A DNA stretch of 39,998 nucleotides. Source: a virus. Both the position numbers and the translations under genes were made by a program. The stretch spans positions 1 through 39,998 of IMG/VR virus record IMGVR_UViG_3300035039_000082. The stretch is one strand, 5' to 3'. Shown piece after piece: positions 17,145 to 27,311 of this stretch. Positions within the stretch are counted from its first letter, which is position 1. Each line of letters opens with the position of its first letter. A model generated the notes under the pieces. The model worked only from the letters and a program-made list of their open reading frames with translations. It had not been told where the DNA came from and made no database searches.

Positions 17145-17252
17145 CATTAGTTTAATATATATTAATTTAAATATTGAGTTCCTCCTTAAATCTTTAGTTT
17201 AGGGAGTAGTTTATATAAATAAAAGACATATAAATAAAAGGAATAAATAAAT

Positions 17253-17426
17253 ATGAGTAATAAAAAAGAGATTTTATTTCAGAGAGAAAAATCAACAAAG
17301 AATATGGTTAGATTTTCTGAAGTAATAGAAGAAGGACAACCTCCTTTTGTAAGAACTATTTATGTTCCAAAATATTGGATAGGAGAAAAAGATAAAGTTA
17401 AAGTAACATATGAAATTCAAGATTAA
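17253..17426 (+). CDS. Small hypothetical protein (57 aa)
   Basis: AAGGA RBS; MSNKKEILFQREKSTKNMVRFSE...TIYVPK...; below the track cutoff. Confidence 0.7.
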   Translation: MSNKKEILFQREKSTKNMVRFSEVIEEGQPPFVRTIYVPKYWIGEKDKVKVTYEIQD

Positions 17427-17456
17427 TTTTTATAATTAATAAAGGATTATTATAAA

Positions 17457-17744
17457 ATGGCTGAAGAGATTTTAGCTAACAAAAATAATATTAAGTTATG
17501 TAGAGAAACGTTATTAAATAATATTCAAGTTTTAATTGAATCATATATAGCTTCTCCTTATACAGATACATCTGTTGGTAACAGAAATATGGTATTTAAT
17601 ATATTATTTGCAAGAAATATTATTGTATCTTTAGAAGACGATGATTTATTACAGGTAATTGAAGATACTAATAGTGATGTATATGATATTTTAAATTTAA
17701 AATCATTACATGAAATTCCTGAAAATGAAGTTCGACCTAATTAA
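17457..17744 (+). CDS. Hypothetical protein (95 aa)
   Basis: AAGGA RBS. Confidence 0.75.
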   Translation: MAEEILANKNNIKLCRETLLNNIQVLIESYIASPYTDTSVGNRNMVFNILFARNIIVSLEDDDLLQVIEDTNSDVYDILNLKSLHEIPENEVRPN

Positions 17745-17756
17745 AAGGAGAAATAT

Positions 17757-18758
17757 GTGTTAGAAAACAAATCATGGTTTATGAAATATTCTCCAACAGA
17801 TATTAAAGATTTAATTTTTGATAGTGATGATCATAAAGAATTAGTTACTAAATGGTATGTTCAAGAATTTATTGATGGGAATGTTTTATTTTATGGTCCT
17901 TATGGACTAGGTAAAACAATAACATCAGAGATATTGATTCGACAAATTATAAAAGTACCTAATGATTTATTAATAGCAACTGATCGAAATGTTAAAGAAA
18001 TTCGAGATAAAATAACTCCATTTGTTCGTAAAAGCCCTGTTAAAAGTAAAAGAAAAATAGTTTATATTGAAGAAATTGATAAAATGCATCCTGACGCATT
18101 TAATTTATTAAAAACAGGATTGATGGAAAAATATCAAGATAATTGTTCTTTTGTTGCTTGTACTAATTATATTAAAAAAATAGAAGGTGCAACATTATCT
18201 AGATTTAATTTTAAAGTTCCATTTACTGGAAATAATATTCTTAAAATCTATGAAAGAATGAAATTTATTCTTGATACTGAAAAAGCTGAATATAATGATG
18301 AAGATTTAAAGAAATTTATTAAGAATAATTATAAAATCGGTATTAGAGAATTAATCAATCAATTACAGAATAGTTTTATTGCTAATAGTGGTAAGATTAG
18401 TTTTAAAAATATTAGTCAAACTGGAAGTATTGAAGAAAATATTATTAAATTGATTGTAAATATATTAAGCACTGTAATGAAAAGTGATGCTAAAAATAAA
18501 AAATTATGTTTAGACTATCCGGAAAATTCAGTTATTAATGAAGATTATAAACAATTAGTTATATTACTTCATAATAATTTAGATATAAATTATGATTATA
18601 TTTATAATCGATTATATGAATTAAGTAATTTTATTCCGATTAAAATGTTATGTGGGAGATATGCAGATCAAGCTGAATATAAGAAATTTCCACATATTAA
18701 TTTATTGGGATTTTATTATGAATTAATAAAAACAGTTTGTGAAATTAATAGAATTTAG
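17757..18758 (+). CDS. Clamp-loader AAA+ ATPase subunit (RFC-small/T4 gp44-like)
   Basis: WFMKYSP, Walker A GPYGLGKT, Walker B IEEID, CTN, LSRF. Confidence 0.9.
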   Translation: MLENKSWFMKYSPTDIKDLIFDSDDHKELVTKWYVQEFIDGNVLFYGPYGLGKTITSEILIRQIIKVPNDLLIATDRNVKEIRDKITPFVRKSPVKSKRKIVYIEEIDKMHPDAFNLLKTGLMEKYQDNCSFVACTNYIKKIEGATLSRFNFKVPFTGNNILKIYERMKFILDTEKAEYNDEDLKKFIKNNYKIGIRELINQLQNSFIANSGKISFKNISQTGSIEENIIKLIVNILSTVMKSDAKNKKLCLDYPENSVINEDYKQLVILLHNNLDINYDYIYNRLYELSNFIPIKMLCGRYADQAEYKKFPHINLLGFYYELIKTVCEINRI

Positions 18759-18835
18759 TTTTATTAGGAAAGCGGCAAAATTTAGATTCTTAAGATTTTG
18801 CCGCTTCCAAAAAATTATTAATTTAGGAGAACTAA

Positions 18836-19045
18836 ATGTCAAAAACTAAAGCAACTAAAATAAAAAAAATGAATAATGTGGAAGCATTTATTGATATGAC
18901 TGATAAAATTAGTAATATTATTGAAAATCCTTGTTGTTATTGTTATGACAAAAATTATTCTCATCCAAGTTGTCCTTGGTATGAAACTGGAGATTGTAAT
19001 CCAGCTAAGAAAGTATGTCAAATTAGTAAAACAATTTATTTATAA
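18836..19045 (+). CDS. Cys-rich hypothetical protein
   Basis: AGGAG RBS. Confidence 0.7.
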   Translation: MSKTKATKIKKMNNVEAFIDMTDKISNIIENPCCYCYDKNYSHPSCPWYETGDCNPAKKVCQISKTIYL

Positions 19046-19049
19046 AATT

Positions 19050-19082
19050 ATCCCCGGTAGACATTAATAGTCTGTCGGGGAT
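19050..19082 (+). terminator. Intrinsic terminator
   Basis: ATCCCCGGTAGAC...GTCTGTCGGGGAT + T run. Confidence 0.75.
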
Positions 19083-19174
19083 TTTTAATTTTTATTTATT
19101 TTAGATTCTTTATTTTCATATATAAATAATTATAATATGAATAATTTTTTATATATAAAAATAAGGAGAATAAA

Positions 19175-19387
19175 ATGAATAATTATATACTAAGCGATGA
19201 TTTAGAAGAAATTAAAGATACTTTAACATATCTTCCTTATATGATTTGTTTTCATCCAAAACCACCATATGAAATATGTGAACATGTATTAATGTTAGAT
19301 CCAAATAATATTGAATATATTCAATTAAAAGAAGAAAACCCTGATTATAATAAAATTTTAGAATTATATAGATTTTTAACTCTTTGA
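19175..19387 (+). CDS. Hypothetical protein (70 aa), E-x-Y-x-FL C-terminal family
   Basis: AAGGAG RBS. Confidence 0.75.
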   Translation: MNNYILSDDLEEIKDTLTYLPYMICFHPKPPYEICEHVLMLDPNNIEYIQLKEENPDYNKILELYRFLTL

Positions 19388-19402
19388 AAAAGGAAATTTT
19401 TT

Positions 19403-19612
19403 ATGGAAATTGAAGAATTTATTAAATATAAAGAAAAATTTACAAAAATTCTTATTAATAGAGGATTTGATGAAAAATTTGCTATAAATCAATTAAAAAA
19501 TTATGTTAATCTTATAGGTATAGATAATCTTAATAATCCTATTAATGATTTAAACGAATACATGATTGGGTATTGTAAAGAAAACAAATTAGGAACTTGG
19601 GATACTGAATAA
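19403..19612 (+). CDS. Hypothetical protein (69 aa)
   Basis: AAGGA RBS. Confidence 0.7.
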   Translation: MEIEEFIKYKEKFTKILINRGFDEKFAINQLKNYVNLIGIDNLNNPINDLNEYMIGYCKENKLGTWDTE

Positions 19613-19628
19613 AAAAGGAGAATAATAA

Positions 19629-20327
19629 ATGAATAAAGATATAATTGTTGCTGGTGATCTTCATGGAAATTGGGGAGCAATTAATACATTAATTAATAAA
19701 AAACAACCTAAAATAATTCTTCAAGTTGGTGATTTTGGATGGTTTCCTAATTTTGAAGTTAAGAACCCTGTAATTTATAATCATCAAGTTCCTTGGAAAT
19801 TAAAAGGAATTAAAACAAATGATACTAAAATATATTTTTGTGATGGCAATCATGAAAATCATGAAGATTTAATTCAGGATGGACAAATTTATGAATTATA
19901 TAAAAATGTCTATCATTGTAGTCGTGGAAGTATATTAGGATTGCCTGATGGAAGAAAAGTATTATTTATTGGTGGTGCAGAATCAATTGATAAAGATCAA
20001 AGATTAATTGGTCATGATTGGTTTCCCGGCGAGAATATTCAATATGGTCAACTTGCAAATTTGTTATATAATGAAGCTAATATTAAAAAAATTGATATTA
20101 TTATTTCACATACTTGTCCTTTTAAATTCGATATTTTAACTGAAAATGAATTTAAATTAAATGATAGAAATCGAAAAATATTAGATGAAATCTTAGATAT
20201 GTTTTCACCTGATTATTGGTATTTTGGACATTGGCATCGATATATTAAAGGTCATTATAAGAATACAAAATATTTTGGGTTAGATTATCCTAGAAAGAAT
20301 GCAACTTGGTGGAAATATCTTGATTAA
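19629..20327 (+). CDS. Calcineurin-like metallophosphoesterase
   Basis: GDLHG, VGDFG, DGNHE, SHT, FGHWH. Confidence 0.92.
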   Translation: MNKDIIVAGDLHGNWGAINTLINKKQPKIILQVGDFGWFPNFEVKNPVIYNHQVPWKLKGIKTNDTKIYFCDGNHENHEDLIQDGQIYELYKNVYHCSRGSILGLPDGRKVLFIGGAESIDKDQRLIGHDWFPGENIQYGQLANLLYNEANIKKIDIIISHTCPFKFDILTENEFKLNDRNRKILDEILDMFSPDYWYFGHWHRYIKGHYKNTKYFGLDYPRKNATWWKYLD

Positions 20328-20354
20328 TATTTTAAATAAAAAGGAGAATAATAA

Positions 20355-20660
20355 ATGGATCTAGTAGCAATAATTGGAATAATTATAATACTTTTAATTA
20401 TATTTATTGAACCAGTAGATCATAAATTGAAATATTTTATAATTATTGTAATTTGTATATTATTACAAATAAGTTGGATACCATTAATTCAAAATAAATA
20501 TGAAATAGAGGAAAATATTATATATACAGATTATTATGATGATATACAGTATTCAGAAATAGTTAAAGTAATAAAAATAAGAAAATATAAATCTGGGTTT
20601 TTATTATCAGATAGATATAGTACAAAAATAGAAATATTAGATAATAAACTTAAAGAATAA
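20355..20660 (+). CDS. Small membrane protein (2 TM)
   Basis: Two hydrophobic N-terminal segments; RBS. Confidence 0.7.
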   Translation: MDLVAIIGIIIILLIIFIEPVDHKLKYFIIIVICILLQISWIPLIQNKYEIEENIIYTDYYDDIQYSEIVKVIKIRKYKSGFLLSDRYSTKIEILDNKLKE

Positions 20661-20661
20661 T

Positions 20662-21186
20662 ATGATTGAAATAGGTTTTTTAAGAATATTAAAATATAAT
20701 TGGATTAGTGAAATTAAAGAAGGAGATATTGTAAGAGTTGAATTATTTTATAGAGGCGAATTATATGATTATATTAAAAAAGAATATTTAATTTCAAAAC
20801 AAGATTTTACTCATCTCCTTAATTATGAGATATGTGTTTATAATAATGCATGTTTTATTAATAATCCTTCTGAATTTATTCAATTATTATTAATTGCTCA
20901 TCGAGTTGCGAATATTGAAAATATTAAATATTCTACATATTTTATCCAAAAAATTGTAATTGAAATGTCTAATTATAATTTAAAGCTTATTCAGAATCCT
21001 TATAAAAAAATTCAAATAGATGTAATTAATCGAAATGTATGGAATATTGGTAATATTAATAATCCAAGTTTAGAAGTATGTCAACATGCAATATATTTAA
21101 ATAAAGATGTAATTAATGTTATTCGAAGTAATATTGATTGTTATAATCAATTATTAGAATTCTATAATTTTTTATATAGAATTTAA
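20662..21186 (+). CDS. Hypothetical protein with short helical I-x-NPS repeats
   Basis: INNPSEFIQL, IQNPYKKIQI, INNPSLEVCQ. Confidence 0.75.
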   Translation: MIEIGFLRILKYNWISEIKEGDIVRVELFYRGELYDYIKKEYLISKQDFTHLLNYEICVYNNACFINNPSEFIQLLLIAHRVANIENIKYSTYFIQKIVIEMSNYNLKLIQNPYKKIQIDVINRNVWNIGNINNPSLEVCQHAIYLNKDVINVIRSNIDCYNQLLEFYNFLYRI

Positions 21187-21189
21187 AAA

Positions 21190-21639
21190 ATGAATTTAAA
21201 TGGATATATTTTTCCTATTAAATTTTTGAATATTGGAGATTCATTGAAAATTAATTTAAATAATAATGAATATTATTTCAATTATACAATTCAAGATGAT
21301 CAAGATTATATTCATTATTCAAAATTAATAGAAAATAATAATGTTAAAGAAATTAAAACTTCTACATTAATACAATTACAATTAATTAATAAATATGGTT
21401 TTTATATTATTTCTAATATTGAAAAATTATCATTTTTGATTATTGATATTATTATTACTATAAATATATCTAATATAAAACATTTTAATAATATGAATTT
21501 TAATTTCTATTGTGACATATTATATAATTATTCAGGTCAATTAAATGATAATATAATTGATGAAATAAAAAAATTAAATACTCTTAAAGACAAAGAATTA
21601 AGAGAATTAATTGAAATATATGAATTTTTAAAAATATAA
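21190..21639 (+). CDS. Hypothetical protein (149 aa), same C-terminal family
   Basis: Ends ELIEIYEFLKI. Confidence 0.7.
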   Translation: MNLNGYIFPIKFLNIGDSLKINLNNNEYYFNYTIQDDQDYIHYSKLIENNNVKEIKTSTLIQLQLINKYGFYIISNIEKLSFLIIDIIITINISNIKHFNNMNFNFYCDILYNYSGQLNDNIIDEIKKLNTLKDKELRELIEIYEFLKI

Positions 21640-21775
21640 TCCTAATAAATTAAGTAATTAATATTTTACTTAATTTATTAGGATTATTATATTTTTATTT
21701 AATATTCTTAAATTATATATATAAATATTAATAATATAGAATCATTGATTTTTAAATTTTTTGAAAGGAGAATAT

Positions 21776-22189
21776 GTGGAAACATGTAGAATAGTTGGAT
21801 TAGGAACACAAGAAAAATGTAAATTTTGTGATAATCATGCAAATGTTATAATTACATTTGATAATTTTACTATGGTTCCAACTTGCAATAAATGCGTAGG
21901 TTCAGGAAAAATTGGAGATATTGTCGAATTTTATGGGAATAAAAAAGAATTAATTCCAAAACCGACTATTGAAACACCAATTTTCAAATCAAGTATTTTG
22001 ATTGATAAAGAAGGAAATTTTAGAATTAAAATAAAGGATCAAATTAAACCTGAAAAATATTCATATTATGATGATGCATATTATTTTTTATCTATTGAAA
22101 TGAATAATTTTTTTCAAACTTTTACAGAATCTATTGTAAAAGAACAGCATAAAATTTTTAAAGAAAGAAAAATAAAAAAGGAGAATTAA
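21776..22189 (+). CDS. Zn-finger hypothetical protein (probable GTG start at 21776)
   Basis: AAGGAG 5 nt before GTG; CKFC...CNKC. Confidence 0.7.
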   Translation: METCRIVGLGTQEKCKFCDNHANVIITFDNFTMVPTCNKCVGSGKIGDIVEFYGNKKELIPKPTIETPIFKSSILIDKEGNFRIKIKDQIKPEKYSYYDDAYYFLSIEMNNFFQTFTESIVKEQHKIFKERKIKKEN

Positions 22190-22192
22190 AAT

Positions 22193-22348
22193 ATGTATAC
22201 AGTTTTCGGTTATACAGACGATTGTCGTGATTTTGAATATAAATTTGATTCTTTTGTTCAAGCTGTAAAATTATATAAAAAATTATTTATGTTTAATGTT
22301 GTATTTGTTATGCGTGATAAACCAGATACATGTATGTTTGTTAAATAA
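22193..22348 (+). CDS. Small hypothetical protein (51 aa)
   Basis: AAGGAG RBS; MYTVFGYTDDCRDF... Confidence 0.7.
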   Translation: MYTVFGYTDDCRDFEYKFDSFVQAVKLYKKLFMFNVVFVMRDKPDTCMFVK

Positions 22349-22372
22349 AAAACAATAAAAAGGAGAAAATGT

Positions 22373-23176
22373 ATGAAACTTCATTTTGTAGGTATCGATT
22401 GGCAGAACGATTTTTGTGATCCGAATGGGACATTGTTTGTCCCAGGTGCAGTTGAAGATGCAGAAAGATGTGGAGCGATGATTCATCGTTTGATTGACAA
22501 AATCGATGATATTCATCTTACGATGGATAGTCATCGACTGTTTGACGTCGCCCATCCCATTTTCTGGCGAAATTCAAATGGTGAAAATCCGGGGCCGTTT
22601 ACTATCATTTCAAAGAAAGATCTTGAAGATGGTGTATGGTTTCCGGCTGTTCCAAGTCTTCGAAAGAAGGCTTTTAATTATGTAGATCAGCTTGAATTGA
22701 ATCAACGATACCCGTTGTGTATTTGGCCGCCACATTGTCTAATTGGACAGTGGGGACACAATATTGTAAATCCGGTTATTGAAGCATGTACTGCTTGGGA
22801 AACTAAGCACCTTGGCCTTGTTGATATTATTACAAAAGGATCGAATCCGTTTACGGAACATTATTCAGCTGTTCAGGCTGATGTTCCCGATCCGGATGAT
22901 CCGGATACTGCTCTTAATATTGGAGAAGGATCATTGATTAATATTCTTGAAAATGTTGATCTTATTGCCCTTACAGGCCAGGCTCTTTCACATTGTTTGG
23001 CAAACACTGTAAGAGATATTGCCAACAATTTTGGTGAAGAGAATATTAAAAAAATGGTATTAATTCGTGATTGCACTTCTTCTGTTCAAGGTTTTGAACA
23101 GATGGGAGAAGATTTTATCAAAGAAATGACTGGCCGTGGAATGCAAATTTCAACAGCTGATGAATTTTTGAGATAA
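22373..23176 (+). CDS. Nicotinamidase/isochorismatase-family cysteine hydrolase (PncA-like)
   Basis: IDWQNDFC, GTLFVPGA, DSH, WPPHCLIG, KG, ALSHCLANT. Confidence 0.9.
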   Translation: MKLHFVGIDWQNDFCDPNGTLFVPGAVEDAERCGAMIHRLIDKIDDIHLTMDSHRLFDVAHPIFWRNSNGENPGPFTIISKKDLEDGVWFPAVPSLRKKAFNYVDQLELNQRYPLCIWPPHCLIGQWGHNIVNPVIEACTAWETKHLGLVDIITKGSNPFTEHYSAVQADVPDPDDPDTALNIGEGSLINILENVDLIALTGQALSHCLANTVRDIANNFGEENIKKMVLIRDCTSSVQGFEQMGEDFIKEMTGRGMQISTADEFLR

Positions 23177-23222
23177 TCAGAATTTTGCCGCTTACTGTAA
23201 AAATAAAAAGGAGTAACAACTT

Positions 23223-23987
23223 ATGCCAAGATTTGATGTAGTAGATGAAAATACGGAAGAATTCAAAATCCCTGGAACAGGAAATTTTAAGTTCTCTGGA
23301 ACAAGAATTGATTCTCTTGGAGAATCAGGAGCAGATGAATATACACTCATCACTATTGCTCTTGATGTCTCTGGAAGTGTATATGAGTATAAGGATAAAT
23401 TAGAAGAAATGGTACGGACTATTGTTAATACTTGTCGTAGTCATGCTACGGCTGAAAAAATCATGGTTCGTGTAATTACATTTAATTCTAATCTTGAAGA
23501 AATTCATGGATTTAAAGAATTGATGGATATTGATGAAAATATTTATCAATTTGAGCCTCATGGAATGACTGCACTATACGATGCAGTTTATTCTTCTGTA
23601 GGTGCAACAATTGCCTATGGGGAATCTTTGATTTCTCAAAATTTTGATGCGAATGCCGATGTATATATTATTACAGATGGACTAGATAATTCATCAACAA
23701 TGACACCAACAGAAATTAAAAAACTTATTGATAGTTCAATTCAAAAGGAACAGATCGAATCAATTCGTACTTTCCTTATTGGACTTGATAATTCAGGAGA
23801 ATATTTTGGTGATGTTGAGGTAGAATTGAAAAGATTCAAAAATGAAGCCAACATTACTGAATTTATTCCTGTAGGTGAAGCAAATTCAAAAAATTTGGCC
23901 AAATTGGCTAATTATATCTCACAATCAATTTCAAGTCAATCTCAGTCTCTTGGATCAGGTGGTCCAAGTCAGGTATTGACCTTCTAA
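23223..23987 (+). CDS. vWA (MIDAS) domain protein, TerY/YegL-like
   Basis: LDVSGS, GMTALYDA, ITDGLDNSS. Confidence 0.9.
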   Translation: MPRFDVVDENTEEFKIPGTGNFKFSGTRIDSLGESGADEYTLITIALDVSGSVYEYKDKLEEMVRTIVNTCRSHATAEKIMVRVITFNSNLEEIHGFKELMDIDENIYQFEPHGMTALYDAVYSSVGATIAYGESLISQNFDANADVYIITDGLDNSSTMTPTEIKKLIDSSIQKEQIESIRTFLIGLDNSGEYFGDVEVELKRFKNEANITEFIPVGEANSKNLAKLANYISQSISSQSQSLGSGGPSQVLTF

Positions 23988-23999
23988 AGATTAAAAACA

Positions 24000-24026
24000 A
24001 ATGGGGGCCAGAAATGGTTCCCCATT
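24000..24026 (+). terminator. Hairpin between the vWA and phosphatase genes
   Basis: AATGGGGGCCA-GAAA-TGGTTCCCCATT. Confidence 0.6.
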
Positions 24027-24062
24027 ATTATTTTTCTATACTAAAAAAGGAGAACAATAAAT

Positions 24063-24935
24063 ATGTATAAAATAAGAACAGATTCTGTTTTAGAAATTGG
24101 ATCTTCTCATGATATTTGTGAAGATTATATTTTACATGGGGAAACATCAAATAACGTTCCATATATTATTTTATCTGATGGATGTAGTTCATCTAAATAT
24201 ACTGATATTGGAGCAAGAATATTTGTTCATATCATTAAAAAACTTATTAACAATATGATTTGTTATTTAAATGATGATTATCATTTAAATATATTATATA
24301 AAACACATCAATTAGATATTATTTATAAGGTTAATAATATTATTGAACTTTTAGGTCTTCCTAAAGAATCTCTTGATTGTACATTGATATTTGCATTTAT
24401 TATAAATGATAAATGTTATATTTATAGATATGGAGATGGTAGTATTATTATTGAATATACAAATAATAATATTTTCATTAATTCAGTTGATTTTATAAAA
24501 AATAATCCATATTATCTTTCGTATTTATTAAATCCTAAAATAAATAACGATTATTTTGAAAATATTGGTGATTATTATTTAGATAAAACTCATATTCTTG
24601 AAGATGATAATGGATGTATTATGTCTGATGAAAAAGAAATTATAAAGTTAATTGAAGATAGAACAGTTGAAATTATTGATTTAAAAAATGTAAAGAACAT
24701 TTTAATTTCATCTGATGGTATTGATAGTTTTTTAAATAAAAGAGATGGAAAGAATATTCCAGTAGATCAATTAATTTATAATATTTTAGATTTTAAAAAT
24801 TTAAATGGTAATTTTCTTAAAAGAACTCTTAAAAGTAAAAAAGGAGTTTTTAATCAATTAAAGAAACAAAACATTATTAATTTTGATGATATTTCAATTG
24901 GTTGTTTTAATATTCAAGAAGAATTAATAAAATGA
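24063..24935 (+). CDS. PP2C-like protein phosphatase (YegK-like)
   Basis: GSSH..CEDY, SDGCSS, YGDG, SSDGI, DDIS. Confidence 0.88.
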   Translation: MYKIRTDSVLEIGSSHDICEDYILHGETSNNVPYIILSDGCSSSKYTDIGARIFVHIIKKLINNMICYLNDDYHLNILYKTHQLDIIYKVNNIIELLGLPKESLDCTLIFAFIINDKCYIYRYGDGSIIIEYTNNNIFINSVDFIKNNPYYLSYLLNPKINNDYFENIGDYYLDKTHILEDDNGCIMSDEKEIIKLIEDRTVEIIDLKNVKNILISSDGIDSFLNKRDGKNIPVDQLIYNILDFKNLNGNFLKRTLKSKKGVFNQLKKQNIINFDDISIGCFNIQEELIK

Positions 24936-26602
24936 AAATACAACTTAAAGGTAAACATTCTTTACAACTTAATCAAAATAATTTTATAGCTAAAGGTGGA
25001 GAAGGAGAAATTTATGGAAAAGGTAGTTTAATTTATAAAATCTATCTTGATCCTAAAAAAATGATTTCTTTAGCTAAAATTAAAGAATTAAATGAGATTA
25101 AAGAAAAGAATGTTTTGAAACCTAAAGATATAGTATTATCACAAAAAAATAATCCAATTGGATTTACGATGGATTGGGTAAAAGATACTTATCCATTATG
25201 TAAGTTATTTACAAATGCTTTTCGTAATAAGAATAATATTATTCCTGAAACGATTAATGAATTAATCGAAAATATGAGAGATACGATTTTTAAAATTCAT
25301 GAAAGTCAATGTTTAATTGTTGATGGAAATGAGTTTAATTATCTTGTAGATAATACATTTAAAACTCCATATTTTATTGATGTTGATTCATATCAAACAA
25401 GAAGTTTTCCAGCAACTGCAATTATGCCAAGTATTGTAGATTATCATACTAAGAAATTTAGTAAATTAAGTGATTGGTATTCTTTTGCAATAGTTTCTTG
25501 TCAATTATTTGTTGGAATTCATCCTTTTAAAGGAACCCATTCAAATTATAAAAAAAGAGATTTAGAAAAAAGAATGAGAGATAATGTTTCAATTTTTAAC
25601 AAAGAAACAGCGTTACCTCCTTCTGTAAGATCATTTGATCTTATTCCAAATAATTGGCAGGATTGGTTTATAAACCTCTTTGAAAAAGGGGTACGAGAAT
25701 TACCTCCAACTTCAATGAAAGAATTAATTAAAGTCGCTGTAAAGAAAACTATTATAAAATCTACTGATAATTTAATTATTAGATTGATTAAAGAATTTGA
25801 ATCTAAAATTCTATATTATAAGAATATTGGATTCGATACATTAATTAAAACAAAAAAAGATATTTATATTAATAAATATACTTTTCTAAGCCAAGTCGAT
25901 ACTGAATTAATTATGATTGAAAAGAATAATACACCAGTATTATTTAAAATTGAACATAACAATTTAGTTACTAAATATAGAAATTTTATTATATCACATA
26001 ATATTAAATGTCAAAAAAAATTGATTATTGATAATCAATTATTTATAATTAATGGAAATAAATTTTCTCATATTATTATAAAAGAAGTTAATAATAATCT
26101 TCTTTTAGGTATTGGTAAAACATGGAATATTATGGAGAATTCAAAAGAAGTATTTGGAAATATTATCTTTCAAAGTATATTAGGAAAATCTTTCTTATTT
26201 ATACCTTTAAATGAAAAAATATGTATTAATATTCAAATTCCTGAATTAGAAGATTGTAAAATAATCAATATGAAATATATTGATAAAGTTTGTATTGGAG
26301 TATTTTTTAAAGATAATGAATATAAAAGATTTACTATTATTTTTAATGAAGATCACATAAAATATTCATATTCTGAAATTGAAACAGATTTCTATGATGT
26401 GAATTTTACAGTTCTTCCGAATGGAATTACAATATCAATTATTGATGAACATAAGATGCAAATTTTTACTAATAATTATATAAAAAATAAAATTAAAGAA
26501 ATTACAAATAACATTATAACAACAGATATGATATTATGTAATGATCAGATGCAAGTTCAATTCTTTAAAGATAATTTGTTATATTCTATGAAAATGACAT
26601 AA
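24932..26602 (+). CDS. Ser/Thr protein kinase-like protein (YegI-like N-terminal kinase + C-terminal beta-rich region)
   Basis: GGEGEIY, KIY, VDGNEFN, IDVDS, DWYSFA, GIHPFKG. Confidence 0.88.
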   Translation: MKIQLKGKHSLQLNQNNFIAKGGEGEIYGKGSLIYKIYLDPKKMISLAKIKELNEIKEKNVLKPKDIVLSQKNNPIGFTMDWVKDTYPLCKLFTNAFRNKNNIIPETINELIENMRDTIFKIHESQCLIVDGNEFNYLVDNTFKTPYFIDVDSYQTRSFPATAIMPSIVDYHTKKFSKLSDWYSFAIVSCQLFVGIHPFKGTHSNYKKRDLEKRMRDNVSIFNKETALPPSVRSFDLIPNNWQDWFINLFEKGVRELPPTSMKELIKVAVKKTIIKSTDNLIIRLIKEFESKILYYKNIGFDTLIKTKKDIYINKYTFLSQVDTELIMIEKNNTPVLFKIEHNNLVTKYRNFIISHNIKCQKKLIIDNQLFIINGNKFSHIIIKEVNNNLLLGIGKTWNIMENSKEVFGNIIFQSILGKSFLFIPLNEKICINIQIPELEDCKIINMKYIDKVCIGVFFKDNEYKRFTIIFNEDHIKYSYSEIETDFYDVNFTVLPNGITISIIDEHKMQIFTNNYIKNKIKEITNNIITTDMILCNDQMQVQFFKDNLLYSMKMT

Positions 26603-26603
26603 A

Positions 26604-26822
26604 ATGATTATTAATATTCAAGATTATTTAAAAAGATCTCCGCAAGATATTTTTAAATCTGGATTTGAATTTTGTATGGAATCATATTATTGTCAACAAA
26701 AACCAATTAATGAAATTAAGGATTGGATAGATTATATTAAAAAAACGCAATATTTTGGTTATTTTGATGAAGGAATGTTACAAGCTATTGAAATAATTGA
26801 AAAATATAAAAGGAAAAAATAA
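26604..26822 (+). CDS. Hypothetical protein (72 aa)
   Basis: Coupled ORF. Confidence 0.7.
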   Translation: MIINIQDYLKRSPQDIFKSGFEFCMESYYCQQKPINEIKDWIDYIKKTQYFGYFDEGMLQAIEIIEKYKRKK

Positions 26823-27088
26823 TGACAACTAATTCAAAAGGAATCTTAATCCAAGTTGATACAGATCCTCGAAAAGAAGATCATATTGCTTTTCAAGTAA
26901 GAAAAGAAGGATATAATTTAGTATTAGAAGAAATTGTTGATAGATATTATGAACATCCAGATTCTGGTGGAATGGCTTTAATTCAAAAAATTGAAATTAA
27001 AAGGCATCCTGAAAATAATAATTCGGAATATCAAGCAGCTTTAGAATTACTGGATTACGCACAAAAAAATATTAGAAATATTTTATAA
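26822..27088 (+). CDS. Hypothetical protein (88 aa)
   Basis: TAATG overlap; RBS. Confidence 0.75.
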   Translation: MTTNSKGILIQVDTDPRKEDHIAFQVRKEGYNLVLEEIVDRYYEHPDSGGMALIQKIEIKRHPENNNSEYQAALELLDYAQKNIRNIL

Positions 27089-27091
27089 ATT

Positions 27092-27277
27092 ATGGAATGG
27101 GAAGTTATATTTGAAGATGGAACAGAATATATTGTAGAAGCAAATAATAAAGAAGACGCTGTATTTGAAGCTGAAGATAAATATTGTTATGATAAAGAAC
27201 CTTTGACAGGATTTCATTCAAAAGAATTAATAGATGAATTTGAAATTCCAAAAATAAAATCTTGTAATATGGTTTAA
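27092..27277 (+). CDS. Hypothetical protein (61 aa)
   Basis: VEANNKEDA motif typical of small phage proteins. Confidence 0.7.
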   Translation: MEWEVIFEDGTEYIVEANNKEDAVFEAEDKYCYDKEPLTGFHSKELIDEFEIPKIKSCNMV

Positions 27278-27288
27278 AATTAATTATA

Positions 27289-27311
27289 TAACGGGGATAA
27301 TTCCCCGTTAT
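27289..27311 (+). terminator. Intrinsic terminator
   Basis: ATAACGGGGA-TAA-TTCCCCGTTAT-like stem + T run. Confidence 0.7.

Noticed and set aside
22283-23076. Alternative-frame and antisense ORFs over the nicotinamidase gene
   Set aside because: Shadows of a strongly conserved gene
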